From: a virus | Taxonomy: Duplodnaviria; Caudoviricetes | Virus record (IMG/VR): IMGVR_UViG_3300032017_000004 | Span: 1 to 24,655 of that record | Direction: 5' to 3' (one strand) | DNA length: 24,655 bases | Part shown: one piece after another, positions 17,917 through 23,562 of the stretch | Layout of the letters: every line of letters begins with the position of its first letter | Numbering within the stretch: the stretch's first letter is position 1 | Position numbers and translations under genes: made by a program | The notes under the pieces: model-generated | Database searches by the model: none | What the model was told of the DNA's origin: nothing | What the model saw: only the letters and a program-made list of their open reading frames with translations

Positions 17917-18200
17917 TGGAGCGCGTCCCAGAGGGTGCGCGGCGCGTAGGAGCTGTACGGGCTGGAGCCGGACACGCCGTCCAGAGCGAGCCATACGGCG
18001 TTGCGTTCCAGGTCGGCCAGCGGACGCTCCTCGCAGTAGTCGGCGAGCTCCTCTCCGGAGATCGCGCCGACGACGACGTTCGTGAGCGGGTAGGACGGCT
18101 GCACGCCGCAGAGCACCTGGACCTCGGCGGGGTCGATCCCGCTCTCTTCCAGGTCAAGGGCGATGGCCGCGAGCTTGTCGAGCAGCTCACCAAGCTTCAT
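17913..18200 (-). CDS. hypothetical protein
   Basis: 95 aa, GGAGG RBS directly after HH-B. Confidence 0.85.
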   Translation of the reverse strand: MKLGELLDKLAAIALDLEESGIDPAEVQVLCGVQPSYPLTNVVVGAISGEELADYCEERPLADLERNAVWLALDGVSGSSPYSSYAPRTLWDALQ

Positions 18201-18211
18201 GCTTCCTCCAC

Positions 18212-18275
18212 GATCTCGTCAGCACCCGTGCCTTACGGGCGGACCGCCGTGACTGGCTGCCACGGGGTTTCGATC
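18212..18275 (-). ncRNA. type II hammerhead ribozyme HH-B
   Basis: GAUC-GAAA-stem III-GUC^-CGCCCG/CGGGUG-CUGACGA-GAUC; cleavage 18242/18241. Confidence 0.92.
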
Positions 18276-18285
18276 TGGCTGTGGA

Positions 18286-18372
18286 TCAGGTACCGGTCAG
18301 GCCCTTGATTGCGCTCAGCAGCAGGACACCGGCGATGATGCCGACCATGCAGCAGAGCAGGAACTTGCCCAT
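18286..18372 (-). CDS. 28-aa hydrophobic peptide
   Basis: MGKFLLCCMVGIIAGVLLLSAIKGLTGT; GGAGG RBS, TGATG coupling. Confidence 0.6.
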   Translation of the reverse strand: MGKFLLCCMVGIIAGVLLLSAIKGLTGT

Positions 18373-18455
18373 CACTTCCCTCCCACTGCTGCAGCGAAAT
18401 TGTACAGGAGGATGAACAGAACGGCTCCGGCGAGGATCGCCTTGGGCCAGCTCAT
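18372..18455 (-). CDS. 27-aa hydrophobic peptide
   Basis: MSWPKAILAGAVLFILLYNFAAAVGGK; AGGAG RBS. Confidence 0.6.
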   Translation of the reverse strand: MSWPKAILAGAVLFILLYNFAAAVGGK

Positions 18456-18463
18456 GGAAACTC

Positions 18464-18604
18464 CTACTGGTTGTTGGGGTCGGTGTCGTGCTGCTCGTGT
18501 ACCAACGGCGGACCGGCGGGCTGCCCCTGGTTGCTGATGGGCAGGCTGATCATCGGCTGGACGCCCTGCTCGGGCAGGTCCCTGGGGCAGGCCTCGTCGC
18601 TCAC
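18464..18604 (-). CDS. small hypothetical protein (46 aa)
   Basis: GTGA-coupled, GGAG RBS, GC3-rich codons. Confidence 0.5.
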   Translation of the reverse strand: MSDEACPRDLPEQGVQPMISLPISNQGQPAGPPLVHEQHDTDPNNQ

Positions 18605-19056
18605 AGCTCGGTCTCCACGAAGCCCGCACCGTCCAGGGCGGACTGTACCGGGTCATGCCCGAGGATCCAGCGCTGCGGCGGGTCGAGCCGGAGGATCCGG
18701 CCGTCGATGCGGATCTTCTCGTTCGTGAGGCGCTCCACCTCGAAGCAGAGCCACTCGATGTTGAGCCACGCCGGGACCGTCGCGCTGCTGTGCGTGAATA
18801 TCGAGGAGACGGCCGCGTGCACGAACGGGTCGGTGGCCACATCGGCCAGGGCCGGACCCAGGCCCAGCTCCTCGTTGCGCGGGTTGGACCGCTTGTTGTC
18901 GAGGTACCAGGACATGTCGTCGTCCGCCATCGACTTGAGCCGCTGCACCTCGTGTGCGCGCTCCGTGGCCTCGGGGCCGGTGAACAGCGCCACGAGTTCG
19001 GCGTCGTCGCACCCCTCGGTCGCCTTGTACAGGAGGACGACCTTCTCTTGATCCAT
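18601..19056 (-). CDS. hypothetical protein
   Basis: Start trimmed to ATG 19056, AAGGAG RBS after HH-C. Confidence 0.8.
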   Translation of the reverse strand: MDQEKVVLLYKATEGCDDAELVALFTGPEATERAHEVQRLKSMADDDMSWYLDNKRSNPRNEELGLGPALADVATDPFVHAAVSSIFTHSSATVPAWLNIEWLCFEVERLTNEKIRIDGRILRLDPPQRWILGHDPVQSALDGAGFVETEL

Positions 19057-19068
19057 TTGTACTCCTTG

Positions 19069-19121
19069 AGAGCTCCTCAGCACCGGCTCTTACCGGCGGA
19101 CACCCGAAGGTGTTTCGCTCT
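19069..19121 (-). ncRNA. type II hammerhead ribozyme HH-C
   Basis: AGAGC-GAAA-CACC(UUCG)GGUG-UC^-CGCCGG/CCGGUG-CUGAGGA-GCUCU; cleavage 19099/19098. Confidence 0.95.
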
Positions 19122-19127
19122 TGTGGA

Positions 19128-19172
19128 CAGCGCCCCGGGAGGTTGGGGTGGTCGTCCTCCCCCGGGGCGCTG
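19128..19172 (-). terminator. stem-loop after paralog 2
   Basis: cagcgccccgg...ccggggcgctg 11-bp inverted repeat with further inner pairing. Confidence 0.55.
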
Positions 19173-19185
19173 CCGTCTGTGGGTG

Positions 19186-19686
19186 TTACTTGACCGGCTC
19201 GGCGCCAACCGTCCGGCGGGAGCGACGGGCTCGGGGCTTGGGCGCCTCCTCGACCTTCGGCTCCTCAGCGGCCTGCTCGGTGACCTCCGCCTTGACCTCG
19301 ACCTCGGCGGCGACGGGCGCCTCTTCGGTCTTGGCCTCGTCCTCGGCGGGCTTGTCCTCCGCCTTGGGCTCCTCGGTGGCCGGAGCCGCCTCGGTGACGA
19401 CCGCGCTGCTCAGCTTGGCCAGCTCCTTCTCCAGAGCCGCCTTGCGCTTGGCGACACGCTCGGCCTCCTTGGCAGCCGCCGCGTCCTTCTTCGCCTTGAG
19501 GGCGGCCTGGTTGTCGTCGCTCGCCTGGAAGTCCATGCGGAAGGCGACGGCCAGCTGGACCGTCTTGAGGTCCGCCTCGACCCCGGTCTGCTCCAGGATC
19601 CACTTGGCGAAGCGCTCGTGCAGCTCCGTGGGGGCGGAGGCAGCGCGCTCGGCGAAGGACTTCTTCTTGCTGTTGTTGTCGGTCAT
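19186..19686 (-). CDS. unknown protein, PTELH family paralog 2
   Basis: PTELHERFAKW...DLKTVQLAVAFRMDFQAS..NQA; ATG 19686, AAGGAG RBS after HH-D. Confidence 0.85.
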   Translation of the reverse strand: MTDNNSKKKSFAERAASAPTELHERFAKWILEQTGVEADLKTVQLAVAFRMDFQASDDNQAALKAKKDAAAAKEAERVAKRKAALEKELAKLSSAVVTEAAPATEEPKAEDKPAEDEAKTEEAPVAAEVEVKAEVTEQAAEEPKVEEAPKPRARRSRRTVGAEPVK

Positions 19687-19699
19687 GACTTGCTCCTTG

Positions 19700-19770
19700 G
19701 GACTCCTCAGCACCGGCGCTCTACCGGCGGACCATCGGGGCGGCCTTGCGACCGCCCCTAGGTTTCGTCC
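19700..19770 (-). ncRNA. type II hammerhead ribozyme HH-D
   Basis: GGAC-GAAA-stem III-GUC^-CGCCGG/CCGGUG-CUGAGGA-GUCC; cleavage 19730/19729. Confidence 0.93.
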
Positions 19771-19823
19771 TGTCTATGTTGTCGTGCTTCTCACGCACCC
19801 GCCGGGACCTACCGGCTGCTTGT

Positions 19824-20027
19824 GCGAGGCGCGTCAGGCAGTCGATTACCTGAGCTTCGGGTTTTGTGGAGGACCCGTTCCTGTCTCCAAGGCTGCATTT
19901 GCTGCTACCGACCTCTTGCCTGGCCGCCCTACTCGGTGCTCGCGGTCTCCGGCTCGGAAGCTTCGTCTCAACCTCGTACTCGGCGCTGCGGCCGTTCCGG
20001 GGAGTCGCTTCCTGCCCTCTCGCTTAC
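19824..20027 (-). ncRNA. putative structured ncRNA/leader, copy 1
   Basis: No credible CDS; conserved blocks and compensatory stems shared with 23064-23268. Confidence 0.6.
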
Positions 20028-20063
20028 GAGTAGAACTATGCCCCATATCGGCGCCGGAGGCAA
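20020..20063 (-). promoter_or_regulatory. repeated promoter motif P2
   Basis: TTGCCT-N17-CATAGT-TCTACTCGTAAGCGA. Confidence 0.75.
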
Positions 20064-20069
20064 CCCCTC

Positions 20070-20160
20070 GTCTACCTGCGCATTCATCACGTTTGCCCTG
20101 GTAGGAGGCTCGCGAAGTTTCTCCATCTTTTTTGGAGAAGTTTCAAATGCGCAGGTAGAC
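20070..20160. repeat. operator-like repeats upstream of P2
   Basis: Perfect 15-bp inverted repeat gtctacctgcgcatt/aatgcgcaggtagac plus internal gtttgccctggtagg. Confidence 0.65.
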
Positions 20161-20219
20161 CTGAGTGCGACGCGTCTACGGCGATTCACCGTGGGCCAGG
20201 GCGAATCGGGCGAAACACC

Positions 20220-20585
20220 CTAGAGAGGCAGGAGCTTCCACAGGTTGCCGTTGGGCGTGCGCACCACATCCTGGCCGTCGTTGGTCTTGCCGACCATCTC
20301 GATCAGCAGGGTGTCGGCCTTCCTCGGCGCCTCGGGAACGGGCACGACCTCGACCGCCTTGGCCTTGCGGGCCCCGGGGATGTTGCCGACCTCCCACGTG
20401 TTGCCACGATTGACGACCTTGATGTAGTTACCCAGGGACGTCTTCTCCAGGGTCCGACGCATGGCGTAGCGGACCTGCTCGCCGGTCAGGCCGGTTGCGG
20501 CCACGATCTCGGTTGCCGTCACCACCTCGTTCGCGCGGGTCTTCAGGTAGGCAATGACGTCGTTGGAGATGTTCTGTGCGGGCAC
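20220..20585 (-). CDS. putative HTH DNA-binding protein
   Basis: VTATEIVAATGLTGEQVRYAMRR; GTG 20585, AAGGAG RBS after HH-E. Confidence 0.75.
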   Translation of the reverse strand: MPAQNISNDVIAYLKTRANEVVTATEIVAATGLTGEQVRYAMRRTLEKTSLGNYIKVVNRGNTWEVGNIPGARKAKAVEVVPVPEAPRKADTLLIEMVGKTNDGQDVVRTPNGNLWKLLPL

Positions 20586-20603
20586 TGTTACTCCTTGTTG
20601 ATT

Positions 20604-20672
20604 GAGCTCCTCAGCACGGGCCATTACCCGTGGACACCGTGGCGGCTGTCGGGCCACCCCGGTGTTTCGCTC
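20604..20672 (-). ncRNA. type II hammerhead ribozyme HH-E
   Basis: GAGC-GAAA-CACCG..CGGUG-UC^-CACGGG/CCCGUG-CUGAGGA-GCUC; cleavage 20633/20632. Confidence 0.93.
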
Positions 20673-20909
20673 TCATCGCTCGTTGGTGTCGATCTGCACC
20701 GTCACGGGAACGTTGAACCTGGACGGGTGCGAGCCGTCGTTGTCGTCTTCCATCCAGGCCACGTCTGCGAGTTGCAGGAAGTCAACGAACCGGGCGGCCA
20801 TCAGCATGTTGGGGAACGTGAAGCTCCTGATGCCGAGAGTGTTGAACCCCAGCTCGCCGTTGAACGCCGTCACGGAGTCCAGCATCCGCGAGATCTGACT
20901 CTCGTTCAC
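20673..20909 (-). CDS. hypothetical protein
   Basis: 78 aa, GAGGAGG upstream, GC3-rich; stop abuts HH-E. Confidence 0.7.
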   Translation of the reverse strand: MNESQISRMLDSVTAFNGELGFNTLGIRSFTFPNMLMAARFVDFLQLADVAWMEDDNDGSHPSRFNVPVTVQIDTNER

Positions 20910-21231
20910 GTCTCTCGTCCTCCTCGCTGTTGCGCTCCCGGTACATCCGGAAGGCTCGGCGCAGCGTACCCGGCAGGACGCCGTAGGAGCGCGCTAGGGC
21001 GGCCTGCGAGCCGTTGCCGGTCCCGGCGGCCAGCCACTCCGCGTAGAGCTCCTCTACGGGCTTAGGGAGCTTCACGTATCGGTGCGCGGTGCCTGTGATC
21101 CGGCGTACCCGCTTGCGCACCTGGGACTCGTTGCAGCCATACACGGCGGCCGTGCGGGTGTTGTCGTTCCCGCACAGCGCGCGCATGGCCATGAGTTCCG
21201 CATCCGACTCGGGCAGGATGCGAGCCGTCAT
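20782..21231 (-). CDS. putative tandem-HTH protein
   Basis: TAAVYGCNESQVRKR and QAALARSYGVLPGTLRR; AAAGGA RBS; 3' end overlaps next gene by 128 nt. Confidence 0.7.
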   Translation of the reverse strand: MTARILPESDAELMAMRALCGNDNTRTAAVYGCNESQVRKRVRRITGTAHRYVKLPKPVEELYAEWLAAGTGNGSQAALARSYGVLPGTLRRAFRMYRERNSEEDERRERESDLADAGLRDGVQRRAGVQHSRHQELHVPQHADGRPVR

Positions 21232-21232
21232 G

Positions 21233-21313
21233 TCAGTGGTCCTTTCCGCCTGTCGTCCCGCTGCCGCCGTTGTCCTGTCCGTCGTTGGTCTTGCCGTGCT
21301 CGTCGCCGCCCAT
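21233..21313 (-). CDS. 26-aa Gly/Asp-rich peptide
   Basis: TGATG-coupled, MGGDEHGKTNDGQDNGGSGTTGGKDH. Confidence 0.4.
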   Translation of the reverse strand: MGGDEHGKTNDGQDNGGSGTTGGKDH

Positions 21314-21471
21314 CAGTACGCCTCTCCGTACAGGTCGGTGGCGTCCGCGTCCGGCGGCTGCACCTGCTCGGTGGGCGTGTGGCCTCGGGTCTCCGCCTGC
21401 ACGATCGACAGAGCCTCGTTGGGTCCGGCGGGCTCGTGGGTCACGTTGTGGCCACGGGGTACGTCAGGCAT
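21313..21471 (-). CDS. small hypothetical protein (52 aa)
   Basis: GAGGAG RBS, GC3-rich, coupled to neighbours. Confidence 0.55.
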   Translation of the reverse strand: MPDVPRGHNVTHEPAGPNEALSIVQAETRGHTPTEQVQPPDADATDLYGEAY

Positions 21472-21712
21472 TGGTCTCCTCGCTGATGTCGAACTGGATG
21501 ACGACGGGCTTGTCGAACGCGACCTGGCTCACGCCGTTCTCGTCGCTCCGGATCCGGGCGACCTTACGGAGCCCCGACAGGAGGATGTAGTCGGACGCGC
21601 ACAGCAGGTCCTCGAACTCGACGTCCATCATGTAGCCATCGTCGCCCAGGATCTTGCCACCGAAGTGGACGCAGTTGCGCTCCACCGTCGCCTTGATGCT
21701 GGCACCGCTCAT
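21464..21712 (-). CDS. hypothetical protein
   Basis: 82 aa, AAGGAG RBS after HH-F. Confidence 0.8.
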   Translation of the reverse strand: MSGASIKATVERNCVHFGGKILGDDGYMMDVEFEDLLCASDYILLSGLRKVARIRSDENGVSQVAFDKPVVIQFDISEETNA

Positions 21713-21726
21713 AGCTCTCCTTCTCG

Positions 21727-21791
21727 GGACTCCTCAGCACAGCCTCTTAGCTGCGGACCATCGGGCCCTTGGAGGGCCCTAGGTTTCGTCC
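21727..21791 (-). ncRNA. type II hammerhead ribozyme HH-F
   Basis: GGAC-GAAA-stem III-GUC^-CGCAGC/GCUGUG-CUGAGGA-GUCC; cleavage 21756/21755. Confidence 0.93.
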
Positions 21792-21799
21792 TTACGGCC

Positions 21800-22432
21800 T
21801 TACGCGCCGAACTCAGCCCGGCGCATGACCGACTTGATGCCGTGGCTCTTGACGAGCTCCGTCGCCCGCTGGAAGCACGCCTCCTCGTCGAGCGGGTCGA
21901 TGACCTCCAGGCGCTCCGTGTCGACCGTGGCCGGGTAGCGGAAGCCCTCCATGTTGTCGACCTTGAACACGCCCACCTTGCCGTAGCGGTTGAAGTCGGA
22001 GGGCTTGATCGCCTCGATGACGCCCTCGCACCCGACGTACCGGCCCTTGGTCGTCTTGGACTTGACGCGCTTCCCGTAGGAGGGCGTGCTCCACTCGCGG
22101 ATGTACTGCTCGGTCAGGTTGGCGATCATGATCGCCTCAGCCGCCGCGATGACCTCGGGGGTTGCGTCGATGGCGCAGTGGTTGTGGTAGGTCCAGCCAC
22201 GAGTCGTCGCGTACTGGACGACCTTGACCTTGCCCTCTTCCTTGTCGAGGACGATCGCCATGAAGTCGCTGTCGTCGTACATGTTGCGCTCGAAGGTGTC
22301 GATGACGCAGTCGACATAGGTGACCTCGTGGGCCTGCTCGACGTGCGCCTGGAACAGGCCGTTCTGCTCGCTGTACGAGTTGGGGTTGTAGCCCTCCGGC
22401 AGGTTGGGGTTGATGCACGTGATGATGGGCAC
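21800..22432 (-). CDS. hypothetical protein
   Basis: Start trimmed to GTG 22432 (AGGAGG RBS after HH-G); 210 aa. Confidence 0.85.
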   Translation of the reverse strand: MPIITCINPNLPEGYNPNSYSEQNGLFQAHVEQAHEVTYVDCVIDTFERNMYDDSDFMAIVLDKEEGKVKVVQYATTRGWTYHNHCAIDATPEVIAAAEAIMIANLTEQYIREWSTPSYGKRVKSKTTKGRYVGCEGVIEAIKPSDFNRYGKVGVFKVDNMEGFRYPATVDTERLEVIDPLDEEACFQRATELVKSHGIKSVMRRAEFGA

Positions 22433-22445
22433 GGGATCCTCCTGG

Positions 22446-22512
22446 GGACTCTTCAGCAGCGCCTCTGTAGCGCCGGACCGTCGCCCCGGTTGCCCGGGGC
22501 TAGGTTTCGTCC
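22446..22512 (-). ncRNA. type II hammerhead ribozyme HH-G
   Basis: GGAC-GAAA-stem III-GUC^-CGGCGC/GCGCUG-CUGAAGA-GUCC; cleavage 22476/22475. Confidence 0.93.
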
Positions 22513-22515
22513 TGG

Positions 22516-22758
22516 TTACTTCTCCATGCTCTGGCCGATGAGGCACCAGGCGCACTCTTCGGAGAGCTCGGGGAACTCCCGCTTGATCTGCACGAAGAGC
22601 TTCTGCGCCTCCGCGTCCTTCTCCGCCCATGCCGGCATGCAGCCGGGCAGCGGGATGGGCTGGCCCAGCGAGAGGGCCATCGCGTCGAAGTCGGCCGCCA
22701 GCATCAGCGTCGCGTCGTCGGCGGGCTTGTCGGTGATGACCTGGGCTACCGCGTACAT
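22516..22758 (-). CDS. hypothetical protein
   Basis: 80 aa, AGGAGG RBS after HH-H. Confidence 0.8.
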   Translation of the reverse strand: MYAVAQVITDKPADDATLMLAADFDAMALSLGQPIPLPGCMPAWAEKDAEAQKLFVQIKREFPELSEECAWCLIGQSMEK

Positions 22759-22769
22759 GCTTCCTCCTG

Positions 22770-22843
22770 GAGCTCCTCAGCAGCGCCGTTCAGCGCCGGA
22801 CGGCCGGAGCCCCGCTGGCTGCGGGGCCCGGACCGTTTCGCTC
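22770..22843 (-). ncRNA. type II hammerhead ribozyme HH-H
   Basis: GAGC-GAAA-CGG..CCG-UC^-CGGCGC/GCGCUG-CUGAGGA-GCUC; cleavage 22799/22798. Confidence 0.93.
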
Positions 22844-22974
22844 TACTGCTTCGGCGGGTTCGCGACCTCGACTACAGCCGCGTCCTCGCCCCACCCGGCC
22901 TGTGCGGCGGGCAGATCAGCCGGAAGCTGGATGACCTCGGCGTCGTTCCCGAGGTGCTGCTCGTTCTCGGCCAT
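22843..22974 (-). CDS. small acidic protein (43 aa)
   Basis: MAENEQHLGNDAEVIQLPADL...; AAGGAG RBS after HH-I. Confidence 0.7.
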   Translation of the reverse strand: MAENEQHLGNDAEVIQLPADLPAAQAGWGEDAAVVEVANPPKQ

Positions 22975-22986
22975 GTTCTCTCCTTG

Positions 22987-23052
22987 AGACTCTTCAGGAC
23001 CGCCGTTCAGCGGCCGACCCTCGGGGCTTGTGCAGCCCCTCGGGTTTCGTCT
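22987..23052 (-). ncRNA. type II hammerhead ribozyme HH-I
   Basis: AGAC-GAAA-CCC..GGG-UC^-GGCCGC/GCGGUC-CUGAAGA-GUCU; cleavage 23016/23015. Confidence 0.93.
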
Positions 23053-23063
23053 TAGTTGGTTTC

Positions 23064-23268
23064 GCGAGGCGCCTTGCCCCGCGCTTCGGCGTTACCGCCT
23101 ACCGGTTTTGTGGAGGTCCGGTGCCTGTCTAGAGTCAGCGGCCCTTGCGGGGCGCGATCGCAGCCGTCTCTCTTGGCTGTCCTACCGGGGCTCGCGGTCT
23201 TCGGGCGGATCCTCGACCGTCGGCTGGAGTCGCCGTCCCGGGAGTTCCTGTCCTGCCCTCTCGCTTAC
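23064..23268 (-). ncRNA. putative structured ncRNA/leader, copy 2
   Basis: Homolog of 19824-20027, nearly identical length, compensatory stems. Confidence 0.6.
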
Positions 23269-23303
23269 GAGTAGAACTTTACTCCATGTCGACAGAAACG
23301 CAA
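23261..23303 (-). promoter_or_regulatory. repeated promoter motif P3
   Basis: TTGCGT-N16-TAAAGT-TCTACTCGTAAGCGA. Confidence 0.75.
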
Positions 23304-23311
23304 AACAGCTC

Positions 23312-23397
23312 CTACCTGGTCAAACGCGCGTTTGCCCTGGTAGGGGGCTTGCAAAGTTTCTTGAAGTTTTTTCCGGAAGTGCGAATGCCCTGGTAGG
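23312..23397. repeat. operator-like repeats upstream of P3
   Basis: ctacctggtcaaac (inverted), gtttgccctggtagg, aatgccctggtagg. Confidence 0.6.
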
Positions 23398-23519
23398 CGG
23401 CTTGCGGCCCTACGCGCTCGCGTAAGGGGCTAGGGAGCGCCCGATGGGCCAGGGGCCCGGACTGCCGGCATGCGGCCGTTACGCGGCCACGTAGCCCGGC
23501 GCACGACCCCGGAACGCAG

Positions 23520-23549
23520 GACAGCCCCGGCTGGTAGGCCGGGGCTGTC
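23520..23549 (-). terminator. stem-loop after paralog 3
   Basis: gacagccccggc-N6-gccggggctgtc, perfect 12-bp inverted repeat. Confidence 0.6.
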
Positions 23550-23562
23550 GGAGCGGGGCTGG

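Noticed and set aside
19846-20189. Minus-strand ORFs 19846-20046 and 19968-20189
   Set aside because: They cross the promoter, lack an RBS, and are not conserved in the second copy of the element.
17712-23052. Repeats read as a CRISPR array or as simple terminators
   Set aside because: Spacing is irregular with genes in between; conservation is at the hammerhead core with covarying stems; no U tracts.
23057-23070. Additional CGAAAC as a tenth hammerhead
   Set aside because: No matching CUGANGA or stem II partner; it is the end of the ncRNA closing stem.
23400-23520. Possible twister or pistol ribozyme in GC-rich intergenic DNA (also 24560-24655)
   Set aside because: Only short hairpins; the conserved cores could not be matched by eye. 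An Infernal scan would settle it.
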